Virus record (IMG/VR): IMGVR_UViG_3300030419_006472
Location: 1 to 64,000 of that record
Origin: a virus
Lineage: Duplodnaviria > Caudoviricetes
Reading direction: 5' to 3' (one strand)
DNA length: 64,000 nucleotides
Shown here: in pieces, positions 10,134 through 19,332 of the stretch
Layout: every line of letters starts with the position of its first letter
Position numbering within the stretch: the stretch's first letter is position 1
Position numbers and translations under genes: made by a program
Notes under the pieces: model-generated
The model's input: only the letters and a program-made list of their open reading frames with translations
Told to the model about the DNA's origin: nothing
Database searches by the model: none

Positions 10134-11094
10134 ACTCGATAATAAAAACATAAGTAAGCACCTAGGTAAAACTAGCAAATATAAATCTCAATACGATCCG
10201 AGTCTTCTCGTAAGAGAGCCTAGATCCAGTAACCGCAAACATCTTGATATTAAAGAGAAAGATCTACCTTTTGTAGGGTACGATGTATGGAACGGTTATG
10301 AAGTATCAGGACTATTAAATAACGGTGTTCCTATTAGTGCAGTTGCTAAAGTAGTATATCCATGTGATAGTAAATATATCGTCGAATCTAAATCTATGAA
10401 ACTATATTGGAATAGTTTTAATATGACTAAGCTTGGAGATACAATAGAAGAAACAGTGAGCGCTATGGAGAAGATGGCTACTGAAGATCTTAGTACGTTA
10501 CTACAAACGGAAGTTAAAGTTAAATTATTCTCTTGCGATACGGATTTAAAAGGAGTTTCTAATCCATTCTTAGAATCATATGATGCTACTCCAAATTCTT
10601 TAACGATTGTATCAACTAAAAAATATGTAAGGTTGGAGCACTACTTGACAACTGGATGGCGGTCAAAGGAGAAGATTGAGATTACTAAGTATAATGAAGA
10701 TCCTTCTATATTTGATACTAAATATACCTCTGTATCTCAGCCGAATAATCTAAATGTAATGTCTTCATTACTTAAAAGTAATTGCCGAGTTACGTCGCAA
10801 CCTGATTGGGGAGATGTATTTATTCATATAGAAGGACAATGGTTGCCTGGTGTAAGAGAATTACTTGAATATATTATTTCGTTTAGAGACGAAAACCACT
10901 TCCATGAAGAAATATGTGAAACTATATATAAACGCTTGTATGATAGGTTCTCCCCGCGGGAATTAATGATTGCGTGTCTATACGCACGAAGAGGTGGATG
11001 GGATATTAATCCAGTTAGAGCTAATAAAATAGAATTAATCGATAATATTATGTGGGATGAAACCATTCCATGGATTAAGACTATTAGACAATAA
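10126..11094 (+). CDS. queF: NADPH-dependent preQ0 reductase QueF (two-domain type)
   Basis: QueF motif VESKSMKLYWNSF, catalytic SNCRVTSQPDWG, FHEEICE, YARRGGWDINP. Confidence 0.93.
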   Translation: MSKLDNKNISKHLGKTSKYKSQYDPSLLVREPRSSNRKHLDIKEKDLPFVGYDVWNGYEVSGLLNNGVPISAVAKVVYPCDSKYIVESKSMKLYWNSFNMTKLGDTIEETVSAMEKMATEDLSTLLQTEVKVKLFSCDTDLKGVSNPFLESYDATPNSLTIVSTKKYVRLEHYLTTGWRSKEKIEITKYNEDPSIFDTKYTSVSQPNNLNVMSSLLKSNCRVTSQPDWGDVFIHIEGQWLPGVRELLEYIISFRDENHFHEEICETIYKRLYDRFSPRELMIACLYARRGGWDINPVRANKIELIDNIMWDETIPWIKTIRQ

Positions 11095-11121
11095 AAAAAG
11101 GGCGCTCTTTCGAGCGCCCTT
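11091..11121 (-). terminator. Intrinsic terminator of gp23 (between convergent queF and gp23)
   Basis: 10-bp stem AAGGGCGCTC / GAGCGCCCTT with a GAAA loop on the minus strand, followed by a T run. Confidence 0.85.
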
Positions 11122-11142
11122 CGATAATAAACAATATTCGAC

Positions 11143-12714
11143 TTACTGGAATACCGTAGATTGTGCTGCAGCAGCACCACTGTTGAACTGCAAGCCGAGA
11201 CCAGCAACAAACACAACATGGTAGTAGTTAGCTGCACCAAAGAGGTGATCAACTACACCATAACGTGTTAACATACCGACCTTCGGATAGAAGCTATTCG
11301 GATCAACCGAACGCTGTACCATAACCGGAATATAAGGACAGTAAATGATACCAGTATCATAATACTCTGGTCCTTTATAACCAAGCAATGCATACTCAAC
11401 CCTTGTGGAGGCGCCTGTATAACCTGTTCCCAAGTTATATGTAGCTTCGGTACGTGTATCGCGATAAACGTTAAAACGTCCACCAACGTTACCAACCTTA
11501 GCAACACCAACCGGTTGTGTGTTAACATTACCGTTAACGGTCATCCAAGAGAACTCAGGAAGCATCTCAAGAATGGCGCAAACACTAGGTGTTGCAACAA
11601 CAAAGTTAGCAGCACCACGACGGTTGCGAACAGCCATCCTATTAGCCTCAACGATCAACTTCTGATAGAAGTCGCGATTTCTCTCACCCTGCCAGCGAGC
11701 ATCAGCAGCTGATACCTTGTATGTGGAATAGCCAGTGTTATGACCACCACCGATAGCAGCTTGAACCATGCGAATAATCATCTCACGGTCGATTTCAGCT
11801 TGAATCTCATATGACATAGCATTTGTCAACTCAGCGTCAACATCAATACCATTCATATTCTTAAGATCCTGCTCGAGCTCAACTGACCAACGAGCGTTCA
11901 GCCTACGAGTACCAGCTTCAACAGCTGTCTTCTCGAAACTCAACTCGACGGTAGGAGCTGACTTAGCCTTATCAAGCTCGAAAGCAGACAAAGCAGCAGC
12001 AAAACCTTCGTCCTGTGAATCAAGACCAGCTGACAACCAGTGCGCTGTACCAATACCAGCAAGGGTACCAACTGACGCAGCAGCTTTAGTTCCCGCTTGA
12101 ACGGTCGAGCTACTTACACCAGTAAATGATGTACCTAAGTAGTTGTGACCCAACTCACCGTTAGGTGCGCCAGCAGAACCAGCAGCAGCTGTTCCTGCAT
12201 TATTCACTGCATCAGTGACATCACCGATATGTGAAGCAGCGCTTGTATCAGCAGCAGCTGTATTATCAATAGTATCAGCACTGTACTTATAGCGAAGAGC
12301 AAATGCGAGACCAACCGGACCACTCATTGGCTGAACACCAACGATCTCGTTAGTAATCAACTCAGGGAATGTACGGCGAATCATCGGAATAAGAATCTTC
12401 GGTAAACGTGCGTCGTTAGATGCATATGTATCCCCAGATCCATATGTACCACCGGCCTGACCAGCACCATGACCAACGCTCGAACCAAACGAGCCTTGAT
12501 TACCTGCGGCATTACCAGATGTGTTACCCTCTCTCAAACACCATTCCTCTTGGTTCTCAAGGAGAATGGCAGTGTTCATCCGCGTATGCGGATTCTCAAT
12601 AGGCGAAACTTTGTCAGAGGTATAGTCCAGAACTGGACTCCACTTCTCCAACAATTGCTCTGCTCTATTATTGTCAATATAATTAGTATTTGGACGTGTA
12701 TCTGTTTCGTTCAT
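11143..12714 (-). CDS. gp23: Major capsid protein (T4 gp23)
   Basis: LLEKWSPVL, ILLENQE, IVGVQPMSGPVGLAFALR, WSVELEQDLK, YCPYIP, GMLTRYG. Confidence 0.97.
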   Translation of the reverse strand: MNETDTRPNTNYIDNNRAEQLLEKWSPVLDYTSDKVSPIENPHTRMNTAILLENQEEWCLREGNTSGNAAGNQGSFGSSVGHGAGQAGGTYGSGDTYASNDARLPKILIPMIRRTFPELITNEIVGVQPMSGPVGLAFALRYKYSADTIDNTAAADTSAASHIGDVTDAVNNAGTAAAGSAGAPNGELGHNYLGTSFTGVSSSTVQAGTKAAASVGTLAGIGTAHWLSAGLDSQDEGFAAALSAFELDKAKSAPTVELSFEKTAVEAGTRRLNARWSVELEQDLKNMNGIDVDAELTNAMSYEIQAEIDREMIIRMVQAAIGGGHNTGYSTYKVSAADARWQGERNRDFYQKLIVEANRMAVRNRRGAANFVVATPSVCAILEMLPEFSWMTVNGNVNTQPVGVAKVGNVGGRFNVYRDTRTEATYNLGTGYTGASTRVEYALLGYKGPEYYDTGIIYCPYIPVMVQRSVDPNSFYPKVGMLTRYGVVDHLFGAANYYHVVFVAGLGLQFNSGAAAAQSTVFQ

Positions 12715-12801
12715 AATAGTAATTTCCTTTCATTTATATAATAATAGTTTCCGTTGCATTGGAGAATCAGGTAGTATATACCTCAACATCAAAAATGGAT
12801 T

Positions 12802-13686
12802 TTACAATCTCATATTAGCTAATTCTTGAGCATAATGACTAGCTACGGTTTTAGGTTGCTCTACTTTCTCTTCAACAACCTCAACCTTAGCTTCTTTAGT
12901 CTTAGACTCTGTCATAGCTTCTTCTTTTAACAAATCAAGAGATTCTTGAGCCTTCTTGTCAAAGATATTGACTGTATACTCAAAGTTCTCTTCAATAAAC
13001 GCAAGATCTTTATCTTCAAAAGTCTTTCTTACGAAATTCATTTTCTTTTCATCAAAACCGGTAAGCTTCTTCTCTAAATAGAGATCCTTTTTAAGACTTT
13101 CTAGTTCTTCTGAAACTGCATTATGGGATTCAGTGAGCTCATTAAGTTCTTTCTTCTGAGCATCAATAGTCTCTTTCCCATCTTTAACTGCATCCCTAAC
13201 AGACTCGGTGGCTAATGCCATATCAACTGAAAGCATCTTGCGAATGTCGCTTAATAAATTAAATGCTCTCTTATTTGTTGTAGCTTCCTCAATTGTCTTA
13301 GTAGGAATAGCTTCATCTATATATGAATCAAGATAATCTGAAACCGACTCAACAACAGTGTCTTTCAATGAACCAGCTTCCTCATTAATAGCGGTACGAT
13401 ATCGTTGAACAACATTCTTTAATTTACGTGCTCGATCTTGATCTACTGCCTCAACAACTTTAGTGAGTTTTTTAGTGTGATCCTTATCTATAGCTTCCAG
13501 GAGCTGTTCTAACTTCTTAGAGTGCTCTTCATCTTGAGCTGTAAGAGCCGCTTCTGTCGCGATTTGAGCGCGATCTTCGGCCTTTTTATCAACTGCTTCA
13601 TTGAACACTGTTTCAATTTGTTTAAGACTGTCTTCTGTGAGGACGTCTTTACCTACTTGTTTAAGTAAATCAGATATATTGCTCAT
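12802..13686 (-). CDS. gp22: Prohead core scaffold protein (gp22-like)
   Basis: Acidic coiled coil with VESVSDYLDSYIDE, located between gp21 and gp23. Confidence 0.8.
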   Translation of the reverse strand: MSNISDLLKQVGKDVLTEDSLKQIETVFNEAVDKKAEDRAQIATEAALTAQDEEHSKKLEQLLEAIDKDHTKKLTKVVEAVDQDRARKLKNVVQRYRTAINEEAGSLKDTVVESVSDYLDSYIDEAIPTKTIEEATTNKRAFNLLSDIRKMLSVDMALATESVRDAVKDGKETIDAQKKELNELTESHNAVSEELESLKKDLYLEKKLTGFDEKKMNFVRKTFEDKDLAFIEENFEYTVNIFDKKAQESLDLLKEEAMTESKTKEAKVEVVEEKVEQPKTVASHYAQELANMRL

Positions 13687-13688
13687 GT

Positions 13689-13835
13689 TTAAAATAAATC
13701 CTTTTTAGTTGCTTTCGCTATTTTTTGTTTAAGTTTTTCTGCTACAACCGATTTTAGATCTGCAGTAGCATTGGCGTAATTTTTATCAATAATATTACCG
13801 ATAAACGATTTGATCTGTTTATTTTGATCCATCAT
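13689..13835 (-). CDS. Small prohead core protein (gp67-like)
   Basis: Not in the track. Manual translation MMDQNKQIKSFIGNIIDKNYANATADLKSVVAEKLKQKIAKATKKDLF; own TAAATA; head-module position. Confidence 0.6.
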   Translation of the reverse strand: MMDQNKQIKSFIGNIIDKNYANATADLKSVVAEKLKQKIAKATKKDLF

Positions 13836-13863
13836 AATTATTTAAGTAATTTATACAATTTTT

Positions 13864-14526
13864 TTAAAAGTTTTGAATTAGTTCAATGAACTTATTCTTA
13901 AAGTATTCATCGACATCCTTACGTGGTAAGTTATTTAAACTTTCTTCAAACCTATCAAAATGCTCTTCAAATTGTCCGCTATGATTTAAAATCCATTGCT
14001 TCGACTCTAATATACCGTTAACAAAGGCATCTGAATAAGAAGGATCTGCAACACAATCAATCGCAACTAACTTCATTTCAGTAACATGACCAACATCACT
14101 ATCAGGTTCTTGATCAATCTTACCTAATGCCCTTGACGACATACCAACTCTCACACCATCTGTTACTAATTGTTTTACTATAGTACCGCATGGTGTTTGT
14201 AGGACTTTACTCTTACCATAAAAAATGTTACCGTCTTGTTTCATTTCGGTAACTATATGACATGCTCTTTCTAAGTCGACTTCAGCTGTAGTAGGATGGT
14301 TTAATTCACCCATGGCCCGATCTGTCTTAATCATTTCTTTTTGATACCGAGCTACTTCTTGAACCATATTATCTAAATCGTATACTCGTTTATTCTTATT
14401 AACTTCAGAGGCCATCATATATGGTCCTTTGATGTATAATCTAGATTCAGATTTATTATTTTTTTCCTCTACGATGTATTCAAACTCGGTTGGGTCCGTT
14501 TTCTCTACTAGCAATTTAAAGGCCAT
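13864..14526 (-). CDS. gp21: Prohead protease (gp21)
   Basis: NKNKRVY, AMGELNHP, VGMSSRALG, IDCVADPS. Confidence 0.95.
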   Translation of the reverse strand: MAFKLLVEKTDPTEFEYIVEEKNNKSESRLYIKGPYMMASEVNKNKRVYDLDNMVQEVARYQKEMIKTDRAMGELNHPTTAEVDLERACHIVTEMKQDGNIFYGKSKVLQTPCGTIVKQLVTDGVRVGMSSRALGKIDQEPDSDVGHVTEMKLVAIDCVADPSYSDAFVNGILESKQWILNHSGQFEEHFDRFEESLNNLPRKDVDEYFKNKFIELIQNF

Positions 14527-14553
14527 AGCGCTATAAAATATTTATTGTTTATC

Positions 14554-15015
14554 TTACTTTTTTCCGTTAAATAATTCCTTTTCTGTAAGAATTAGAAAAT
14601 TATATCCATGATCATCAGCCCATTTTTTTGCTGCTTTCCACTTAGATTGATTAACATCATATGTAGCTTGTTCATGTAAAAATGTACTTCGCTTCTTTCT
14701 CCCTCTCATAACCGGGCGTTGAGTCTGACTATATGGCTTTATTTCTACTAAGTATTTTACCTTTTTATTCCTCTCTTGTAATACTAAAGTATTATCGACA
14801 TAATATCTATGCGTTCGAGAATCTAAAGGGCTTATATAAGGAACTATAACACACTCGCTAGTCCATTCAAGTACATTTGGATTATAATCACACCACTTAA
14901 AAAAATGTAATTCCCAAGAACTTTTATATTGAGGATATTTCTTGCCAAGAAATTTTTTATTATTAATAGGCCTATATACACCCTGTTTAAATGCGCCTTT
15001 TTTATGAGGAGCCAT
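14554..15015 (-). CDS. gp4: Head completion nuclease (gp4, TnsA-like fold)
   Basis: YKSSWELHFFKWCD.NPNV.EW.SE, RYYVD, LVEIKPYSQT, KWKAA..W. Confidence 0.88.
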   Translation of the reverse strand: MAPHKKGAFKQGVYRPINNKKFLGKKYPQYKSSWELHFFKWCDYNPNVLEWTSECVIVPYISPLDSRTHRYYVDNTLVLQERNKKVKYLVEIKPYSQTQRPVMRGRKKRSTFLHEQATYDVNQSKWKAAKKWADDHGYNFLILTEKELFNGKK

Positions 15016-16373
15016 TAGCCTACGAAGAACATTGGAGGGTCTGAATCTCCAAAACCAGCTGTAGCACCGGTAAAGAGCCTTTCTTCTAATTCTTTCTTTT
15101 CCTCTAACCCTTCCTGTAAAATACCAGCATCTAACCCTGTACCACCGAACAACTGAGCGTTACCGAACTTACCTCTTACTCTGCCTAATGTGATTTTAGT
15201 TAATGCGGTAGCATATTGATACACCCACGGCTCTTTAATTAAGTCTCTGAGAGATTTTTCTACATAGCAACTCAATACACCATAAAACTGTTCTCCAGTT
15301 TTAGGTTCCGGTATCATAAGTAACCGTTGCCTAACATCATCAAATTTAAAATAGCGTTTCGTTGAGAGCATTTTTTCACGCGTCTCTAACCATTGCTTTA
15401 ATATATACCAGCTAATTAAATCAAACCCATAATTACCCATTGCATAGCTGAAATAAGTTTGTTGCGCTAAAGTCTGCTCAATTGTAAATAATGTATTTAA
15501 ACTACTACTGGTCGATTCATCATAACTAAAAACGTCTATTACCTTTCTATGCTGTCTAGTAAGACCGTCAAAGTACCCTATATTACAACTCCTTGCTGTA
15601 AGGGCATCTCTAGTGGTAGTGTCACTTAACATACTCTTCCGTGTAGCAGTAACTAGCGCGTTTGTATATTCGTTACCTCTCGTAGTAAGACCAATTTGTA
15701 CGACGTTGGATCCAGAAGCTGAAAGCGAGCTTACAGCGGATACTATTGTTTGTGCTGTTGTATATACATCCCCATATTGAGTTATACTAACACTAGCAGG
15801 TCCACTACTTGCCGAAGTACATGTAATTAAAGATTTTACTACATGAGCTGATTCAGGTTCACCAGACAATGTAACTACAAATGTATATTCAGATGGATAA
15901 GTTGGAATCTCACCACAATCAAATTTAAAGACTGACGTAAATTTTCCTCCATATGCATCATAACCAGCACCAGAAATAGTAGCTGTTGTAAGTGTGGGTA
16001 ATAATGTAGATTCCCCAGCTGAAGTTTTTACATCAGCTTTACCATCAGTAGGAAATGAATAATTAGCAGATAGTTCATTTGTAAGAAGAAATAATTCACT
16101 AAGATCTAATCCTTTACCTCGAGTGTATTTAGAACTATCAACAACTAAATGCTCTAAAGTATACCCAGCAAACTTAGAAAACATTTCTATCGATTGAGCT
16201 ATATGAGTAAAAATCTGATTACCATGTAATTCTAAATTAATAGTAGGATAGCCTAAACCATAGGTTATCCTATCGGCTAGCTCTTGATAGGTGTCAACTG
16301 AATTAGCAAGATATGTAGAGTATAAGTGACTTCCTGCGTCTAAATAATCATCTGTCCATGTACTAGTGGCCAC
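15015..16373 (-). CDS. gp13: Neck protein (gp13-like) with a large central insertion
   Basis: LGYPTINLEL N-terminus and WVYQYATALTK..LG.VRGKF...GG C-terminus; GTG start. Confidence 0.8.
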   Translation of the reverse strand: MATSTWTDDYLDAGSHLYSTYLANSVDTYQELADRITYGLGYPTINLELHGNQIFTHIAQSIEMFSKFAGYTLEHLVVDSSKYTRGKGLDLSELFLLTNELSANYSFPTDGKADVKTSAGESTLLPTLTTATISGAGYDAYGGKFTSVFKFDCGEIPTYPSEYTFVVTLSGEPESAHVVKSLITCTSASSGPASVSITQYGDVYTTAQTIVSAVSSLSASGSNVVQIGLTTRGNEYTNALVTATRKSMLSDTTTRDALTARSCNIGYFDGLTRQHRKVIDVFSYDESTSSSLNTLFTIEQTLAQQTYFSYAMGNYGFDLISWYILKQWLETREKMLSTKRYFKFDDVRQRLLMIPEPKTGEQFYGVLSCYVEKSLRDLIKEPWVYQYATALTKITLGRVRGKFGNAQLFGGTGLDAGILQEGLEEKKELEERLFTGATAGFGDSDPPMFFVG

Positions 16374-16381
16374 ATAATTAT

Positions 16382-18175
16382 TTATGTCGGCAACGCTGAA
16401 GTTTCGCCCCCAGCAGTGGGCTCAGGAGTAGGTGCTTCAGTATCTCCCCCACCAGCAGCAGGCGCGCCAGTACCGATTTCTGGTGGAATATCATCACCAG
16501 GACCTGGTGCTCCAGGAGCTCCTGGAGCGGGCATCGGCGCACCTCCAGCAGCTGGAGCAGGACCGCTACCGACAGCCCAGTCAGGACCGCCACCTCTGAT
16601 TTGATCTAGTTCAAACTGTAAGGCTGCATCCTTTCTAAGCCACTCTCTATTAGCTTTAATTTGCTCATCTGTCCATCCGAGATATTCTTTTTGACCAAAT
16701 CCTTGTGATATAGATTCATTAGCAACAACATTAGTAAAATTGTTGAGCTTAAGATCCATTATTTGTTGCCTGCGTAATTCAAAATAATTACGTGGCGGTG
16801 TAAACGTCAAATCAAATATGTTTTCTCTTAAATCAAAATCTTTCCATATATGTTTTAATTTAAGATGAGTAATAAATGCATCTTTTAATCCAATGGCAAA
16901 TTGATGTTGAAGTCGGACGATAAAATTAGCAAACTTTAATTCTTCTCTCAAAACAGTCGCATCGGCACTATATTGAGATGTTTCAGACTCAACTCGATTA
17001 GTAGGTACCTTAAGAGCCTTATATAACTTTTTAACGAAATATTTTAAATCATCTAATTCACCTAAATTTTGACCTCCTGGTAGTGTTTTAACTTCTGTTC
17101 CATTACTACCTTCTCTCTTCGGGAACCAATAGGCATCTAAAATAGACTGTGGATTAAATGAATCCACTCTTTTATTATCATCTAAGCTAAATGTTTTCTT
17201 ACTCCAATAATTTTGCATTAACCGTCGAATATATCCTTCAGCTTTTGGAGCGCTCATATTACCAACATCAACATTAAACACTAACCGTTCTGGAGCACGA
17301 ACTAATCGATATATAATAATTGAATCTTCAATTAAAGATAACTGTCTATATGCTCGACGGGCATTCTCAATAAACGGAATTCTAAAAGTTTTATTTTCAT
17401 TCCACGTACCAGAATTTATATATGTAATCTGATTTTTTTCCATCGGAATAAAATCTTTATCACCATGAGAATTAAATTGTTCTTCTGCATCCTTATGATG
17501 TTTAGCCTTTCTAAGTAAATATGCTTTAATGTGCATATTTTGATAGTTATCATACACTGGATCTATCGCTTGAGTAGGGACATTAATAACACCTAATATT
17601 CCTTCTTTAATATGCTTCTCGTGAATTATATTTTCAAAATAAAGCTCACCGTCAACTAACATCGACCTCACATATTCCCAACCACGTTCTTTAATATCAA
17701 ATAAATTAATAAATTTACCAAACTCATCATTAAGTTGCTTTTTTACTAACGGATCAAAATCTACTACATCTCTTAATTCTAAATTAATTATATTTCCGTG
17801 CTCATCTTCATTGAGAAAATCATCACAGATTTCATCCAATGCATCTGCCACCTCAGCAAACTGAGCCATTGTCCTATAATCTCGTAAACGCCTGTACTTA
17901 TCTACATCGAGTGTAGCATACATTAATTCATTATACATCCTATCTGCTAGGAACGAGCCTACAGGATGAGATGACTCCGGAGCCTTGGGAGCAAGAATAG
18001 AATGCTGGGCTAATAGTTCTTTACGTAATGAACCTGCTTTATAGAAATCTTTAAACTTAGGGTTCTCTTCTGTTACGTCGTCTATAATCGCCGCAGGAGA
18101 CCTATAGGGTAAATTATTTTGAATAAATTTTTGTAACCCTCTACCAAATGTACCTTTTCTTCCGTCGTCAGCCAT
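16382..18175 (-). CDS. gp20: Portal vertex protein (gp20)
   Basis: YRTMAQFAEV.DALDEI, LIEDSIIIYRLVRAPERLVFNVDVGNM, DAYWFPKREG, LPGGQNLGE; probable start 18175. Confidence 0.96.
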   Translation of the reverse strand: MADDGRKGTFGRGLQKFIQNNLPYRSPAAIIDDVTEENPKFKDFYKAGSLRKELLAQHSILAPKAPESSHPVGSFLADRMYNELMYATLDVDKYRRLRDYRTMAQFAEVADALDEICDDFLNEDEHGNIINLELRDVVDFDPLVKKQLNDEFGKFINLFDIKERGWEYVRSMLVDGELYFENIIHEKHIKEGILGVINVPTQAIDPVYDNYQNMHIKAYLLRKAKHHKDAEEQFNSHGDKDFIPMEKNQITYINSGTWNENKTFRIPFIENARRAYRQLSLIEDSIIIYRLVRAPERLVFNVDVGNMSAPKAEGYIRRLMQNYWSKKTFSLDDNKRVDSFNPQSILDAYWFPKREGSNGTEVKTLPGGQNLGELDDLKYFVKKLYKALKVPTNRVESETSQYSADATVLREELKFANFIVRLQHQFAIGLKDAFITHLKLKHIWKDFDLRENIFDLTFTPPRNYFELRRQQIMDLKLNNFTNVVANESISQGFGQKEYLGWTDEQIKANREWLRKDAALQFELDQIRGGGPDWAVGSGPAPAAGGAPMPAPGAPGAPGPGDDIPPEIGTGAPAAGGGDTEAPTPEPTAGGETSALPT

Positions 18176-18176
18176 A

Positions 18177-18653
18177 TTAATCAATTGTTATTGTTGTGTT
18201 TATATCTCTTACTATACTACCATATCCTGCTACATTCATAGGAATAATATCTATACTACCAGTAGCTGTAATCTCTGGGAATGTAACTGTTAACATATTA
18301 TAGTTATTTAATGTATAATTGCTAGTCAATAACCCACTCATAGCAGGACTTAATGTAGCTCCATCACATAAAGTTGAGAAAGAACTAAATCCCGTTAAAG
18401 GCCAATTTGTAAAATCTGCAGCACTAACAAATACATTTTGATTATTATAACAACTTATTAATACAGATTCTACAGAGTCTAAACTATAGCCTATAAATGA
18501 TTTTTGTGCTGTAAATCCGCAAGTAAGAGTTGTATATGTATTACCAGCGGTAAATTCTGGCCGTCCGGATAATGCTCGGTTGTCAAAATTACCGCTAAAA
18601 GACGTAACGTCAGTTAAGTTAGTATTATATTTTATAAACTTACTCATAATCAA
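18177..18653 (-). CDS. Hypothetical S/T-rich virion protein
   Basis: Lies between gp15 and portal; beta-rich, S/T/G-rich. Confidence 0.55.
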   Translation of the reverse strand: MIMSKFIKYNTNLTDVTSFSGNFDNRALSGRPEFTAGNTYTTLTCGFTAQKSFIGYSLDSVESVLISCYNNQNVFVSAADFTNWPLTGFSSFSTLCDGATLSPAMSGLLTSNYTLNNYNMLTVTFPEITATGSIDIIPMNVAGYGSIVRDINTTITID

Positions 18654-19320
18654 ATGTATTTACCGGGATGTAATCTTGATCAATAACAAATATATTTTTA
18701 ACATCAGTTGTATCCCCTTTAAACAACCACCCTTTCATTGTAAAGCTAGTATCTGCTATAATTCTAGCAGGTTGTGCACCTGATACTTCAACAGGATAAT
18801 CTAAACTTATATTACCATCCCATAATACTTCAGTTCTTATTTCTAAATCATTAGCTAAATTCTGGGAAGACGGTACCTTCCAGCTTATAACAATATATGG
18901 GTTATTATAAGGTACAAAATTACTTAAAATCTGATCCATATCAGTTTGAAACTTTGTCATAATAGACATTGATATACCGATATTAACTGGTATGGGTGTT
19001 TTCATCCAGTCAGAGTCAAAACCACCAGCACTTACTGAAGGAGCTTTAGTATAATAAAAGCCCGGTATCTTATTAAAGACCCTTTCAGGATCTCTAGTAA
19101 TAGATGTATAATGAACAGCAATAGTCGGAAGTTTTAACGATTGAGATTTATTAACTATATCTTGAAGAGCCCGTTCCTTCGGACCATAATAGAACCCAGT
19201 CTGAATTCTATCAACAATAGTTTTACTTCTATTATATCTATTAATGACAATACTATTAAAAGCAGTAATAAACTGCCTTATCATGTCTTTTAGTTCAAAA
19301 CCATAATACCGGTTTTTCAT
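18640..19320 (-). CDS. gp15: Tail sheath stabiliser / tail terminator (gp15-like)
   Basis: FITAFNSIVINR, YGPKER, LPTIA, PIPVNI, DMDQILSNFVPY, FTMKGWLF. Confidence 0.85.
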   Translation of the reverse strand: MKNRYYGFELKDMIRQFITAFNSIVINRYNRSKTIVDRIQTGFYYGPKERALQDIVNKSQSLKLPTIAVHYTSITRDPERVFNKIPGFYYTKAPSVSAGGFDSDWMKTPIPVNIGISMSIMTKFQTDMDQILSNFVPYNNPYIVISWKVPSSQNLANDLEIRTEVLWDGNISLDYPVEVSGAQPARIIADTSFTMKGWLFKGDTTDVKNIFVIDQDYIPVNTFDYE

Positions 19321-19332
19321 TATAAATATTTA

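Noticed and set aside
10824-12741. ORFs 10824..11252, 11268..11528, 11515..11712, 12420..12602, 12469..12741
   Set aside because: They overlap queF or gp23 in antisense or alternate frames and have no motifs.
14554-15015. TnsA transposase / mobile element
   Set aside because: The TnsA-like fold is that of T4 gp4 in a head-gene context; no terminal repeats or other transposition genes.
16378-16604. ORFs 16378..16593 and 16416..16604 and a GC-rich repeat
   Set aside because: Shadows of the Pro/Gly/Ala-rich portal C-terminal tail.
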